Counted from the first letter of the stretch, positions 27,368-41,701 are shown. The stretch: 64,000 nucleotides of DNA from Eledone cirrhosa (GCA_964016885.1 OZ024744.1:17112001-17176000); one strand, 5' to 3'. Notes: generated by a model from the letters alone, not told the origin. Numbers and translations are program-made.

Positions 27368-29660
27368 CTAATGGGTACAAATTGTACTACTAGAACGTTT
27401 AGGTTTATAATAAAAGTATGAATTAGAAATAGCGTGGGGGCAAGAAGAGAATATCTCAGACTTTCTATTAAGTAAGGGTACGCTAGAGAAAATTATATAG
27501 TGTGTCTCAAGGATGCAGAGATTACAAAACATAGTATGTGTAGAAAGGTGGTTAGAGCGTGCTACTAAACGCCAGTTAAGGCTATATGGTATATTAGCTC
27601 CCTTAAGATCCCAGATATAATGTGCTAAAGAAGTGGAATTCTTAAACCTAACATGTTTGAAATTGGAGATATGGGAGTTAAATCTAGTCTTAAAAGAGTT
27701 AGATGTGGAGCCTATATAAGTTCTATTAGAGGAATTAGTTGTAACTTCGCAAGCATAGACAATGTTCTTAGAAAGGCAGTTACCGTTTAAAGGGCAGTTA
27801 GCACTCACTCTACAATTACACTTCCGGGTGTTATTGGTTGGCTCAAGTGGTGATGCATTACACGTAGGATTGCTATTAGATAAGGACTGTTCCGGTGGTA
27901 ATGCATTGCCAGATCTGTTCAGACTAGTAGTATGTAGAGAGGAGAATCCATCCCTAATTTTCCTATTATTAGTGCTAGCTAAATGAGAACTAATATTAGG
28001 GGTGGTAGAGAATGAAAGTTTAATAACATTTTTATTAAAATACTATGGTATTTATGAGAAGGGGGGAAATTTTTCTCTAAGATGGAGAAGAAAGACCTAG
28101 GGATATTAGTTGATACTTCCTGATTATATGGCGGGTTAAAATAAGTATTTAATCGCCTTCAATTTTTATTCTTACGGACTCTACCATTATCAAATATCCC
28201 GCCATCGAGACTAGGGTTACTACAAGGATTGGTTAAAGCCGCATTCGTAGAATCAGCCAAAATTTCATTAAGTCTATTACAGTTTCTACCTCCAGTAGAT
28301 CTTCTGCTGCCCGGAATCCCATCAAACGGATTGGGGCCAATGATAGGATCAATAGGAGCAACATTATCAGAATAAGATCCAGCAAAATTATCACCAATGT
28401 GTGAGCGCTCAGGGGGTTCTACTTGTTTCCTAGAGGTATTATATTCACTATTACGAGTCCGGTGGTTTAACTTATGTATGGGTTCAGATACACCCATATA
28501 ATTTTTACGGTTACTATGTCTGCTACTCCCATTCATGGCCATGTTATGTGATATTATGTTATTATTATTAAAGGTAGGCGGAGATTTTCTAAGGTTACTA
28601 TTATTATAGTGTATTTTACTAGAGTAACCTGAATTTACTAGGGCCTTATTATAGTACTCCGCATGTTCATTAAAAGTTCCTACGTCCTTAGAAAGTGTGG
28701 AAATCCTATTAGATACACCCTTAATTATAGAGCTTATCATAGACTTGGGGTGGTTAGAATTGGGACTAACATAAGAAAGTATTTCATTAGGCTTATGGAA
28801 GGGTTTAAAACTATTAGTGACCAAGTCCAAAGTCACATCTAAAAAGTTAACCGCTCTATCATTTCTATATATCGTGATCGAAAGGTTATAGCTTTTAAAA
28901 AACTTATAAAGCTTCTTCTTATTATGTTCTACATTGTTGGTGCTAGAGTTAATTACAAACAATGCATCATCACGATACAGTCCACCTATAAGGTGCGGGA
29001 AGGTAGCATATAGTTCATTAAGGAGGAACAACCCAACAAGATCTGTAACCTGGGCCGAATCACTCGAACCCATTGTAACGTCGAAATTATTGGGCGTGTT
29101 TTTACGGGTCCAAAATGTGTCCTCAAATTTAATAATAGTTTTACGAACTGCTAGTATAATATCTACCTGCGATCGTGTAAGGCTGGACACTCTCATGGCC
29201 AACATTAGAGCTTTATTGAGGAGGATGGGTGAAATTGATGTGTAGTAGGCATCAATATCAAATTGGATAAACTTATTAGATTCAAGTCTATTAATCCCGG
29301 AGAACCAATCTATAACTTCCTTAGTGTTCCCCCATAGGTTAAAATTAACCTTATCCCTAACATCAGGTATAATAAGGTCAAGGATTCTCTTGCTGATAAT
29401 AGCTATATCAGACTTAGAAGGACAGATGTGTCTAACAGAGGGGTTACTAATAAAATCAACCTTATGATCCTTAAGAGTGAATCTCGGTTCTCGGGGGTAA
29501 TATGGCTGGGTATACTTCTCGAGGCCGAGGTCTGAGACAATTCTAAGGCACTCACTATTGATGTGGTTCAGATTCTCAAGCGTAGTTTTTTTATAGTTTC
29601 TATGCAGCTCCTTATAAATAAAGTCGCGGTAAGCACTATAATCCATGGAGTATAGATTCT
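27368..29660 (-). pseudogene. PLE RT plus GIY-YIG, with in-frame TGA (~28159) and a -1 frameshift (~28040)
   Basis: FTLKDHK, FIQFDIDAYYTSI, TMGSSDSAQVTDLVG, LYRDDA, CNCRVSANCPLNGNCL, YIGST..FKTRFNSH, CNLC. Confidence 0.93.
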
Positions 29661-31872
29661 TGAGAATCTGAACCACATCAATAGTAAGGGCCTTAGAATT
29701 GTCTCAGACCTCGGCCTCGAGAAGTATACCCAGCCATATTACCCCCGAGAACCTAGATTCACTCTTAAGGATCATAAGGTTGATTTTATTAGTAACCCCT
29801 CTGTTAGACACATCTGTCCTTCTAAGTCTGATATAGCTATTATCAGCAAGCGAATCCTTGACCTTATTATACCTGATGTTAGGGATAAGGTTAATTTTAA
29901 CCTATGGGGGAACACTAAGGAAGTTATAGATTGGTTCTCCGGGATTAATAGACTTGAATCTAATAAGTTTATCCAATTTGATATTGATGCCTACTACACA
30001 TCAATTTCACCCATCCTCCTCAATAAAGCTCTAATGTTGGCCATGAGAGTGTCCAGCCTTACACGATCGCAGGTAGATATTATACTAGCAGTTCGTAAAA
30101 CTATTATTAAATTTGAGGACACATTTTGGACCCGTAAAAACACGCCCAATAATTTCGACGTTACAATGGGTTCGAGTGATTCGGCCCAGGTTACAGATCT
30201 TGTTGGGTTGTTCCTCCTTAATGAACTATATGCTACCTTCCCGCACCTTATAGGTGGACTGTATCGTGATGATGCATTGTTTGTAATTAACTCTAGCACC
30301 AACAATGTAGAACATAATAAGAAGAAGCTTTATAAGTTTTTTAAAAGCTATAACCTTTCGATCACGATATATAGAAATGATAGAGCGGTTAACTTTTTAG
30401 ATGTGACTTTGGACTTGGTCACTAATAGTTTTAAACCCTTCCATAAGCCTAATGAAATACTTTCTTATGTTAGTCCCAATTCTAACCACCCCAAGTCTAT
30501 GATAAGCTCTATAATTAAGGGTGTATCTAATAGGATTTCCACACTTTCTAAGGACGTAGGAACTTTTAATGAACACGCGGAGTACTATAATAAGGCCCTA
30601 GTAAATTCAGGTTACTCTAGTAAAATACACTATAATAATAGTAACCTTAGAAAATCTCCGCCTACCTTTAATAATAATAACATAATATCACATAACATGG
30701 CCATGAATGGGAGTAGCAGACATAGTAACCGTAAAAATTATATGGGTGTATCTGAACCCATACATAAGTTAAACCACCGGACTCGTAATAGTGAATATAA
30801 TACCTCTAGGAAACAAGTAGAACCCCCTGAGCGCTCACACATTGGTGATAATTTTGCTGGATCTTATTCTGATAATGTTGCTCCTATTGATCCTATCATT
30901 GGCCCCAATCCGTTTGATGGGATTCCGGGCAGCAGAAGATCTACTGAAAGGTAGAAACTGTAATGGACTTAATGAAATTTTGGCTGATTCTACGAATGCG
31001 GCTTTAACCAATCCTTGTAGTAACCCTAGTCTCGATGGCGGGATATTTGATAATGGTAGAGTCCGTAAGAATAAAAATTGAAGGCGATTAAATACTTATT
31101 TTAACCCGCCATATAATCAGGAAGTATCAACTAATATCCCTAGGTCTTTCTTCTCCATCTTAGAGAAAAATTTCCCCCCTTCTCATAAATACCATAGTAT
31201 TTTAATAAAAATGTTATTAAACTTTCATTCTCTACCACCCCTAATATTAGTTCTCATTTAGCTAGCACTAATAATAGGAAAATTAGGGATGGATTCTCCT
31301 CTCTACATACTACTAGTCTGAACAGATCTGGCAATGCATTACCACCGGAACAGTCCTTATCTAATAGCAATCCTACGTGTAATGCATCACCACTTGAGCC
31401 AACCAATAACACCCGGAAGTGTAATTGTAGAGTGAGTGCTAACTGCCCTTTAAACGGTAACTGCCTTTCTAAGAACATTGTCTATGCTTGCGAAGTTACA
31501 ACTAATTCCTCTAATAGAACTTATATAGGCTCCACATCTAACTCTTTTAAAACTAGATTTAACTCCCATATCTCCAATTTAAAACATGTTAGGTTTAAGA
31601 ATTCCACTTCTTTAGCACATTATATCTGGGATCTTAAGGGAGCTAATATACCATATAGCCTTAACTGGCGTTTAGTAGCACGCTCTAACCACCTTTCTAC
31701 ACATACTATGTTTTGTAATCTCTGCATCCTTGAGACACACTATATAATTTTCTCTAGCGTACCCTTACTTAATAGAAAGTCTGAGATATTCTCTTCTTGC
31801 CCCCACGCTATTTCTAATTCATACTTTTATTATAAACCTAAACGTTCTAGTAGTACAATTTGTACCCATTAG
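29659..31872 (+). pseudogene. Mirror copy of the PLE RT plus GIY-YIG, with one extra frameshift (~30947)
   Basis: ORFs 30034-30954, 30842-31081 and 31432-31872 mirror the minus arm. Confidence 0.93.
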
Positions 31873-33795
31873 CTGATATATTCCATTATTTATTGTTAGT
31901 TTAGGTTCCTTTGTTTGCCAACGTCATTATTATTATCATCATTATTACCATTGGTTTTTGATGACTCTTTATTTTAGCTCTCATAATCTTTTGGCTACTG
32001 TACCATATCTGTCCTCTAACGCATTAGATTTTCACTATTACACCTTTTGAATTATATAAGATTATATTTTACGCTATTTATTTTATTTTTATTTTTATTT
32101 TTACTTTCATTTTTATTTTTATTCGGATTCTTCTTTGGATAACCCCCCCCCCCCCCATGCGCACATAAACTTGTTGTCATTCCCTCCAAATTGACTATGA
32201 TTATATTTAACACCCCCCCTCTTTTACGCTCCTTTCTATTAAGTAATATAGTATATCGACTATATTTATGCCCCTTTGCATCCTCCATATATTTCTTCAT
32301 TTCTGTCCCTATTGGCCTACCTTAATTCTGCTTAAGTCATTTTTTAGGTATCGTTATGTATATGATAGGAAAAAATGTTCATTCCTTTTTGTAAACATTT
32401 GTAACGAAATATTAATGTTTATAAACTTTAATTACTTAAACTATAGCTAATATTATACTGCCTTATTAGATAGTTTAAATATTTTTAATATTAATTTATC
32501 AAATAGGGTTTTCGAGTCATTTTCACGTGTTATTTCCTTAGGTTTTACTTAAATACTTAAATACTTAACTGCATGTGAGACCTAAATGCATACGTTTGAT
32601 ATTGTTTTTTAATCTCCGGGTGATTCTATTTATTTATTTATTTATTTTATTCTATATTTTATACTGTATATTTTATTAATATTGTGCATTGCATTTACTG
32701 TCTGGCATTTACTCACTCATCCATATATATGTATGTCTACCAACCTTGCAATTATAAGTAATTATATTTTATATTATGTTAACTTATTTTATATAATATA
32801 TTATATTATATTGTATTTTTTATTGTAATATTGATCCTTATCACTTACCGTTAATTATATGTAACATTATGATATGTTAAACTTTATATATCATGTAGGA
32901 TCTTTGTATTTTTGTACCAACAAAATTCCTTTGGGGATATTGTACAATTTATTTATTTTTCCTCGCCTACTCTGTAACCCAATATGAATTGATTTGTTAA
33001 CTTATATATTCTTGATTATAAGTGTTAGTATATTGTATATTATACATCTTGGTATGTTATATTATATTATAATTATATTATTATTGTGACATCTATATTG
33101 TTTGTGTAAATTAACCGGAGATTATCCATCCTATTATATTGTATTATATAGTATATAATTGTATTGTTTATTATTGATTATATATGCTACTTATAATTAT
33201 ATCATATTATTACCCCATGTATATTGGGTAGATGTATTAGTATTATCATTATTATTATTCTCATTCCTATCATGCTCATTTTCATATTCAAACTCTTGAT
33301 AAGGTTAAATTTGTGCAGTTGAAGATAGATGTGTGTATTGTTGTAGGTGTATGTGTGTGTGTGTGTGTGCACACATATATACATATGCATAATGTACCTT
33401 TTGATTGTCCATTGTAACTTTAATGTTGGTAAAAGTATAATTATATTATATTACATTATATTATATATGATTCCTGATCTATATAACCACCTTTGTCTAT
33501 CTCTAGGTTTTTTTTGCTTTGGACTATATTTGTAATATGGTTCTTAATGTCACATACATCCTTAGTAATTTTCATTATATATTTTTATTATTTTTTATTA
33601 TTTTTATTATATATTTTTGCAATACTTTAGTATATGTACACTCCATATTCTTCGGAGCTTCTGGCTTGTACCTGCCGTTATTACTTCTTGTTGTTTGAAT
33701 AGCCCTGATGAATCCTTAATAGGACGAAACTTTGTCGGCTAATAAAGACTTTTGATGTATTGAAGGCTTCTTTGTTTTACTCGCTTAATATATAT

Positions 33796-33914
33796 ATAAA
33801 TTAAAACAAAATGAAAACGAAATTTCATTTCTCACTCTTAGTATGGCACTTACTTAAATGTAAGTATGCATGTATACGTACATACATATATGTATACAGA
33901 CGTACAGTAGCATG

Positions 33915-33958
<44 letters not shown>

Positions 33959-34394
33959 TACATATGCATACAGGTACACATACATATATGCACGTATCAG
34001 TTTAGCGGCGCTAACGTCGCTTTGTTCGTTTGTAAACAAACTGAACAGCCTGATTTTATGCCATACGGTGTTAAGGCAACCACGTCACCTTTTTGTTCAA
34101 CACTGACACAGGAACGATGTACTAGTTTCAAGCTTGTTAGCTATCATCAGCACCGTTTACCCATCTGCCAGATAGTTGAACGTTCGAAAGTATATACTTT
34201 CCTTATGAAAATTAACGGCTGAGCAGCCTAATTTGCATATTGAGTGAGTTAAATCGGTTAGGCATACCGAAAACGATAAATTAAAACAAAATGAAAACGA
34301 AATTTCATTTCTCACTCTTAGTATGGCACTTACTTAAATGTAAGTATGCATGTATACGTACATACATATATGTATACAGACGTACAGTAGCATG

Positions 34395-34438
<44 letters not shown>

Positions 34439-34874
34439 TACATATGCATACAGGTACACATACATATATGCACGTATCAGTTTAGCGGCGCTAACGTCGC
34501 TTTGTTCGTTTGTAAACAAACTGAACAGCCTGATTTTATGCCATACGGTGTTAAGGCAACCACGTCACCTTTTTGTTCAACACTGACACAGGAACGATGT
34601 ACTAGTTTCAAGCTTGTTAGCTATCATCAGCACCGTTTACCCATCTGCCAGATAGTTGAACGTTCGAAAGTATATACTTTCCTTATGAAAATTAACGGCT
34701 GAGCAGCCTAATTTGCATATTGAGTGAGTTAAATCGGTTAGGCATACCGAAAACGATAAATTAAAACAAAATGAAAACGAAATTTCATTTCTCACTCTTA
34801 GTATGGCACTTACTTAAATGTAAGTATGCATGTATACGTACATACATATATGTATACAGACGTACAGTAGCATG

Positions 34875-34918
<44 letters not shown>

Positions 34919-35344
34919 TACATATGCATACAGGTACACATACATATATGCACGTATCAGTTTAGCGGCGCTAACGTCGCTTTGTTCGTTTGTAAACAAA
35001 CTGAACAGCCTGATTTTATGCCATACGGTGTTAAGGCAACCACGTCACCTTTTTGTTCAACACTGACACAGGAACGATGTACTAGTTTCAAGCTTGTTAG
35101 CTATCATCAGCACCGTTTACCCATCTGCCAGATAGTTGAACGTTCGAAAACGCTGATGATAGCTAACAAGCTTGAAACTAGTACATCGTTCCTGTGTCAG
35201 TGTTGAACAAAAAGGTGACGTGGTTGCCTTAACACCGTATGGCATAAAATCAGGCTGTTCAGTTTGTTTACAAACGAACAAAGCGACGTTAGCGCCGCTA
35301 AACTGATACGTGCATATATGTATGTGTACCTGTATGCATATGTA

Positions 35345-35388
<44 letters not shown>

Positions 35389-35824
35389 CATGCTACTGTA
35401 CGTCTGTATACATATATGTATGTACGTATACATGCATACTTACATTTAAGTAAGTGCCATACTAAGAGTGAGAAATGAAATTTCGTTTTCATTTTGTTTT
35501 AATTTATCGTTTTCGGTATGCCTAACCGATTTAACTCACTCAATATGCAAATTAGGCTGCTCAGCCGTTAATTTTCATAAGGAAAGTATATACTTTCGAA
35601 CGTTCAACTATCTGGCAGATGGGTAAACGGTGCTGATGATAGCTAACAAGCTTGAAACTAGTACATCGTTCCTGTGTCAGTGTTGAACAAAAAGGTGACG
35701 TGGTTGCCTTAACACCGTATGGCATAAAATCAGGCTGTTCAGTTTGTTTACAAACGAACAAAGCGACGTTAGCGCCGCTAAACTGATACGTGCATATATG
35801 TATGTGTACCTGTATGCATATGTA

Positions 35825-35868
<44 letters not shown>

Positions 35869-36304
35869 CATGCTACTGTACGTCTGTATACATATATGTA
35901 TGTACGTATACATGCATACTTACATTTAAGTAAGTGCCATACTAAGAGTGAGAAATGAAATTTCGTTTTCATTTTGTTTTAATTTATCGTTTTCGGTATG
36001 CCTAACCGATTTAACTCACTCAATATGCAAATTAGGCTGCTCAGCCGTTAATTTTCATAAGGAAAGTATATACTTTCGAACGTTCAACTATCTGGCAGAT
36101 GGGTAAACGGTGCTGATGATAGCTAACAAGCTTGAAACTAGTACATCGTTCCTGTGTCAGTGTTGAACAAAAAGGTGACGTGGTTGCCTTAACACCGTAT
36201 GGCATAAAATCAGGCTGTTCAGTTTGTTTACAAACGAACAAAGCGACGTTAGCGCCGCTAAACTGATACGTGCATATATGTATGTGTACCTGTATGCATA
36301 TGTA

Positions 36305-36348
<44 letters not shown>

Positions 36349-36785
36349 CATGCTACTGTACGTCTGTATACATATATGTATGTACGTATACATGCATACT
36401 TACATTTAAGTAAGTGCCATACTAAGAGTGAGAAATGAAATTTCGTTTTCATTTTGTTTTAATTTATCGTTTTCGGTATGCCTAACCGATTTAACTCACT
36501 CAATATGCAAATTAGGCTGCTCAGCCGTTAATTTTCATAAGGAAAGTATATACTTTCGAACGTTCAACTATCTGGCAGATGGGTAAACGGTGCTGATGAT
36601 AGCTAACAAGCTTGAAACTAGTACATCGTTCCTGTGTCAGTGTTGAACAAAAAAGGTGACGTGGTTGCCTTAACACCGTATGGCATAAAATCAGGCTGTT
36701 CAGTTTGTTTACAAACGAACAAAGCGACGTTAGCGCCGCTAAACTGATACGTGCATATATGTATGTGTACCTGTATGCATATGTA

Positions 36786-36829
<44 letters not shown>

Positions 36830-37265
36830 CATGCTACTGTACGTCTGTATACATATATGTATGTACGTATACATGCATACTTACATTTAAGTAAGTGCCA
36901 TACTAAGAGTGAGAAATGAAATTTCGTTTTCATTTTGTTTTAATTTATCGTTTTCGGTATGCCTAACCGATTTAACTCACTCAATATGCAAATTAGGCTG
37001 CTCAGCCGTTAATTTTCATAAGGAAAGTATATACTTTCGAACGTTCAACTATCTGGCAGATGGGTAAACGGTGCTGATGATAGCTAACAAGCTTGAAACT
37101 AGTACATCGTTCCTGTGTCAGTGTTGAACAAAAAGGTGACGTGGTTGCCTTAACACCGTATGGCATAAAATCAGGCTGTTCAGTTTGTTTACAAACGAAC
37201 AAAGCGACGTTAGCGCCGCTAAACTGATACGTGCATATATGTATGTGTACCTGTATGCATATGTA

Positions 37266-37313
<48 letters not shown>

Positions 37314-37749
37314 CATGCTACTGTACGTCTGTATACATATATGTATGTACGTATACATGCATACTTACATTTAAGTAAGTGCCATACTAAGAGTGAGAAA
37401 TGAAATTTCGTTTTCATTTTGTTTTAATTTATCGTTTTCGGTATGCCTAACCGATTTAACTCACTCAATATGCAAATTAGGCTGCTCAGCCGTTAATTTT
37501 CATAAGGAAAGTATATACTTTCGAACGTTCAACTATCTGGCAGATGGGTAAACGGTGCTGATGATAGCTAACAAGCTTGAAACTAGTACATCGTTCCTGT
37601 GTCAGTGTTGAACAAAAAGGTGACGTGGTTGCCTTAACACCGTATGGCATAAAATCAGGCTGTTCAGTTTGTTTACAAACGAACAAAGCGACGTTAGCGC
37701 CGCTAAACTGATACGTGCATATATGTATGTGTACCTGTATGCATATGTA

Positions 37750-37795
<46 letters not shown>

Positions 37796-38231
37796 CATGC
37801 TACTGTACGTCTGTATACATATATGTATGTACGTATACATGCATACTTACATTTAAGTAAGTGCCATACTAAGAGTGAGAAATGAAATTTCGTTTTCATT
37901 TTGTTTTAATTTATCGTTTTCGGTATGCCTAACCGATTTAACTCACTCAATATGCAAATTAGGCTGCTCAGCCGTTAATTTTCATAAGGAAAGTATATAC
38001 TTTCGAACGTTCAACTATCTGGCAGATGGGTAAACGGTGCTGATGATAGCTAACAAGCTTGAAACTAGTACATCGTTCCTGTGTCAGTGTTGAACAAAAA
38101 GGTGACGTGGTTGCCTTAACACCGTATGGCATAAAATCAGGCTGTTCAGTTTGTTTACAAACGAACAAAGCGACGTTAGCGCCGCTAAACTGATACGTGC
38201 ATATATGTATGTGTACCTGTATGCATATGTA

Positions 38232-38275
<44 letters not shown>

Positions 38276-38711
38276 CATGCTACTGTACGTCTGTATACAT
38301 ATATGTATGTACGTATACATGCATACTTACATTTAAGTAAGTGCCATACTAAGAGTGAGAAATGAAATTTCGTTTTCATTTTGTTTTAATTTATCGTTTT
38401 CGGTATGCCTAACCGATTTAACTCACTCAATATGCAAATTAGGCTGCTCAGCCGTTAATTTTCATAAGGAAAGTATATACTTTCGAACGTTCAACTATCT
38501 GGCAGATGGGTAAACGGTGCTGATGATAGCTAACAAGCTTGAAACTAGTACATCGTTCCTGTGTCAGTGTTGAACAAAAAGGTGACGTGGTTGCCTTAAC
38601 ACCGTATGGCATAAAATCAGGCTGTTCAGTTTGTTTACAAACGAACAAAGCGACGTTAGCGCCGCTAAACTGATACGTGCATATATGTATGTGTACCTGT
38701 ATGCATATGTA

Positions 38712-38759
<48 letters not shown>

Positions 38760-38820
38760 CATGCTACTGTACGTCTGTATACATATATGTATGTACGTAT
38801 ACATGCATACTTACATTTAA
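33796..38820. repeat. Non-coding tandem array, 480-bp unit: ~2.8 units (33796-35149) plus ~7.6 inverted units (35152-38820), one HHR per unit; retrozyme-like
   Basis: 480-bp period; units differ only by (TA)n length or one extra A; flanked by (TA)n. Confidence 0.95.
35626..35670 (+). ncRNA. Minimal type I HHR repeated every ~480 bp (on + in the right arm; on - in the left arm, e.g. 34113-34157)
   Basis: aacggtg CTGATGA t agc-taacaa-gct t GAAA ctag TA catcgtt. Confidence 0.85.
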
Positions 38821-38841
38821 ATATATATATATATATCTATA

Positions 38842-38883
<42 letters not shown>

Positions 38884-38988
38884 ATATAAATATATATATT
38901 AATTATTTATTAAAATAACCTATTAAAGCTTAAGCAGAGTTTCGCTTACTTCACCCTTAACGGGATCTTCTGAAAAAGATATATATGT

Positions 38989-39174
<186 letters not shown>

Positions 39175-39579
39175 TATATACATACATATGTATATATATA
39201 TATATAAAGTCATTTCTCTTCTTCACAATTCACCAGTTGATATTACAGAAAAATACACAGCACAGTGCTTTGGTGGTTATTGTAGAACTCAACACTTTAT
39301 CTAAATCTGTCCGTGAGTTCAATTACCGCAGGAGTACTGAGCCAAATTTTTTCTTAGTTTTATACCTTTAATTATCTTACCCCCATAAGTGTTTTACACC
39401 TGTAAAGGTTTTACATCTTTAAATGTTTTACACCTGTAAATGTTGTATACCATTATATACCTAAGACAGTAGAAATATTATAGAGTATCTTATTATCTTT
39501 AGAGTTATTATAACAGTTTACTTGATAAAGAATCAAGAAATAAGTACATTGTGGAAACCTGATGTGGAAATATCTATTA

Positions 39580-39890
39580 AGAGATGGGATATACCACACT
39601 TTGAGGAAATATTTACTTTGAGATAGGATATACCCCAGTTTGTAGAAATAATTATTTAGGGTTGGGATATACCACAGATTGTACAAATATCGATTTAGAA
39701 CAGCGATATACCACAGTTTGTAGAAATATTTACTTAGAGCTGGGATATACCACAGTTAGTGGAAATATCTATTTAGAGATGGGATATACCATACTTTGTG
39801 GAAATATCTATTTAGAGTGTGGGATATGCTATACTTTGTGGAAATATCTATTTATATCTGGGATATGCTATACATTGGGGAAATATCTGG
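39580..39890. repeat. Minisatellite, ~40-bp unit, about 8 copies
   Basis: Degenerate repeats of gggatataccacagtttgtggaaatatctatttagagat. Confidence 0.8.
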
Positions 39891-40370
39891 GCGTTGGAGA
39901 TGGCTGTATTGATGAGGTTCACCGGATATTCTTGTCTTTTAAGGAACCCTTTTAGTGCATATAATCTTTTTTCCTGTAGTGTGGGGTGTGTTAATATGGT
40001 GCAGATGCATATATATGTATATACGCGTACATGATTTTTGTGTGTATATTTACAGTTTGTGTGTGGGTGTATATATCTATGCTTGAGTATGTGTATATTT
40101 ATATTTATGTGTATATTTATAGATACCCTCACCACATCTTTACACATACACTTACTCACCACAGTAACTTTATTCACCACCACCACCACCACCAACACCA
40201 CCATTATTATCAGCTATCGTATTCTGTAATTATTGTTTTATTTATTTTTACACTTATATCATCTTTCCTCTAACTTCTTTACTTCCTTATTGTTATCTTT
40301 TATTATTGATGTTATCGTTTTGATTCTACGTTGTATCTATAAATACCAATGCCATATGTAAAACCTCCAT

Positions 40371-40482
40371 TATTCCGATGATTTGATCAGAGGTAAACAA
40401 TGTATTTAATGTCGAGTGACGCAACTACTTCGAGTGATTAGCGGCCTTTAGACTAACCTGATCAACGAAACAATTCTTAATA
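40371..40482 (+). ncRNA. Degenerate HHR-like motif (CCGATGA core, long stem II) near the right end of TA-bounded segment 39205-40700
   Basis: tatt CCGATGA t ttgatcag...ctgatcaa c GAAA caattc TT aata. Confidence 0.45.
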
Positions 40483-40696
40483 TTAGAAATAAAACCTGTT
40501 TGTACAGCCGATCATGTTATTCTTCAATCTTTCACTATTATTACTCCAAGAATAACCTGCATTAGGAATTCTCGCGAACACGCTACCTAACTATGGAAAC
40601 CTCTTGTTGAGTCAAACAACGCCGTACATTAAAACTATCCACAATACGGGTACTCACAACCTCTAACTGGATTAACTATAACGATAACTTGGTATC

Positions 40697-40730
<34 letters not shown>

Positions 40731-41355
40731 GAAAAATGTCGTGATGTGTTTGTTGCGAATGAGATACATATGAGGTAAATATTAGAAAGAGAAGCCGAAG
40801 CCGAGACTATCCTTCATCAGTGATCTACTGGCAATCATAGGTATTTCTTCGCATTAAAGATTATATACCTCCAGCCAACGCGAACAATAACTAAATAAAG
40901 TTATTGTGATAAAAAGAATTGGGTGGAGAAAGAGAGACATGCGAACAAACAAAAATGGAAAGGCAACGTAAAGAAAAGAAAAAAATGAGAAAATCAAATC
41001 AGTGATTCATTTGAACATAGGAACTTGTGAACACTAACGAGAAGACAAAAGACCCATCTGTACATTGCGAAAGGTGAGTGAGAAAAGAATTTCGCACGGT
41101 GCCGGACGTTGGAGGAAGTGAGAAAGGGTGAGTAGCAGAGAGAGACGAAGAGGCTAGCCGAGAGAGGGTTACTAGCAGAGGGGAAGGATGAAAGTAAGAG
41201 GGACAAGGAGAGAGAAGCGGGAGAGAGAAAAAGGATATCAGTAAGGGAAGAGAAAAAGACAGATCACAGCGTAGGGGAAAAGCATATATGAATGAATAAT
41301 GGCTTGCTCTGTTTGTTGCAACACAATATAATTATTCCATTACGCACGTTATCAC

Positions 41356-41439
<84 letters not shown>

Positions 41440-41441
<2 letters not shown>

Positions 41442-41643
41442 CGAAGGAAATGTGGTAAGGAACCAGGTGGACCATAACGCACCAAAGTACTCAATACTTG
41501 AGGTAGTAGAGTGGGTAATAGGAACCAGTAAGACCCCGACAGCTGAGCTCAAGCCGTTTCGACGGCTAATTCTGGACTAAAGGTTTTAGTCCAGAATTAG
41601 CCGTCGAAACGGCTTGAGCTCAGCTGTCGGGGTCTTACTGGTT

Positions 41644-41647
<4 letters not shown>
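41440..41647. mobile_element. Family C mini-palindrome
   Basis: Centre ctggactaaa-ggt-tttagtccag. Confidence 0.85.

Positions 41648-41701
<54 letters not shown>

Larger units (their letters stand above)
25352..33788. mobile_element. 8.4-kb palindrome of two 5'-truncated Hydra-like PLE arms joined head to head (minus 25352-29660, plus 29659-33788)
   Basis: Mirror-image ORFs; ~78-bp unduplicated spacer at 29581-29658; the left arm has an extra ~100-bp tail. Confidence 0.93.

Noticed and set aside
20940-30305. ORFs antisense to RT regions (20940-21441, 28934-29245, 29994-30305; likewise 8701-9261)
   Set aside because: They are shadow frames of the PLE coding strand.
31079-31081. In-frame TGA in both palindrome arms as possible selenocysteine (as in some Naiad PLEs)
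   Set aside because: It aligns with an Arg-rich stretch (likely CGA to TGA), not a Cys position, and is followed by a frameshift; I did not identify a SECIS.
25352-38820. All inversions as sequencing fold-back artefacts
   Set aside because: Not fully excludable without reads, but the arms have family-specific unequal ends, consistent polarity, sequence differences and heterologous partners, which an artefact would not be expected to produce.
33811-38918. Repeated 61-137-aa ORFs in the 480-bp array
   Set aside because: They cross the internal TA tract, change frame with TA length, and show no protein motif.
39580-39890. Regularly spaced gggatatacc motifs as a CRISPR array
   Set aside because: The whole unit repeats degenerately with no unique spacers, there are no cas genes, and the context is eukaryotic.
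40780-40830. CTGATGA on the minus strand as an HHR
   Set aside because: I could not find a correctly placed GAAA, stem III or stem I partner.
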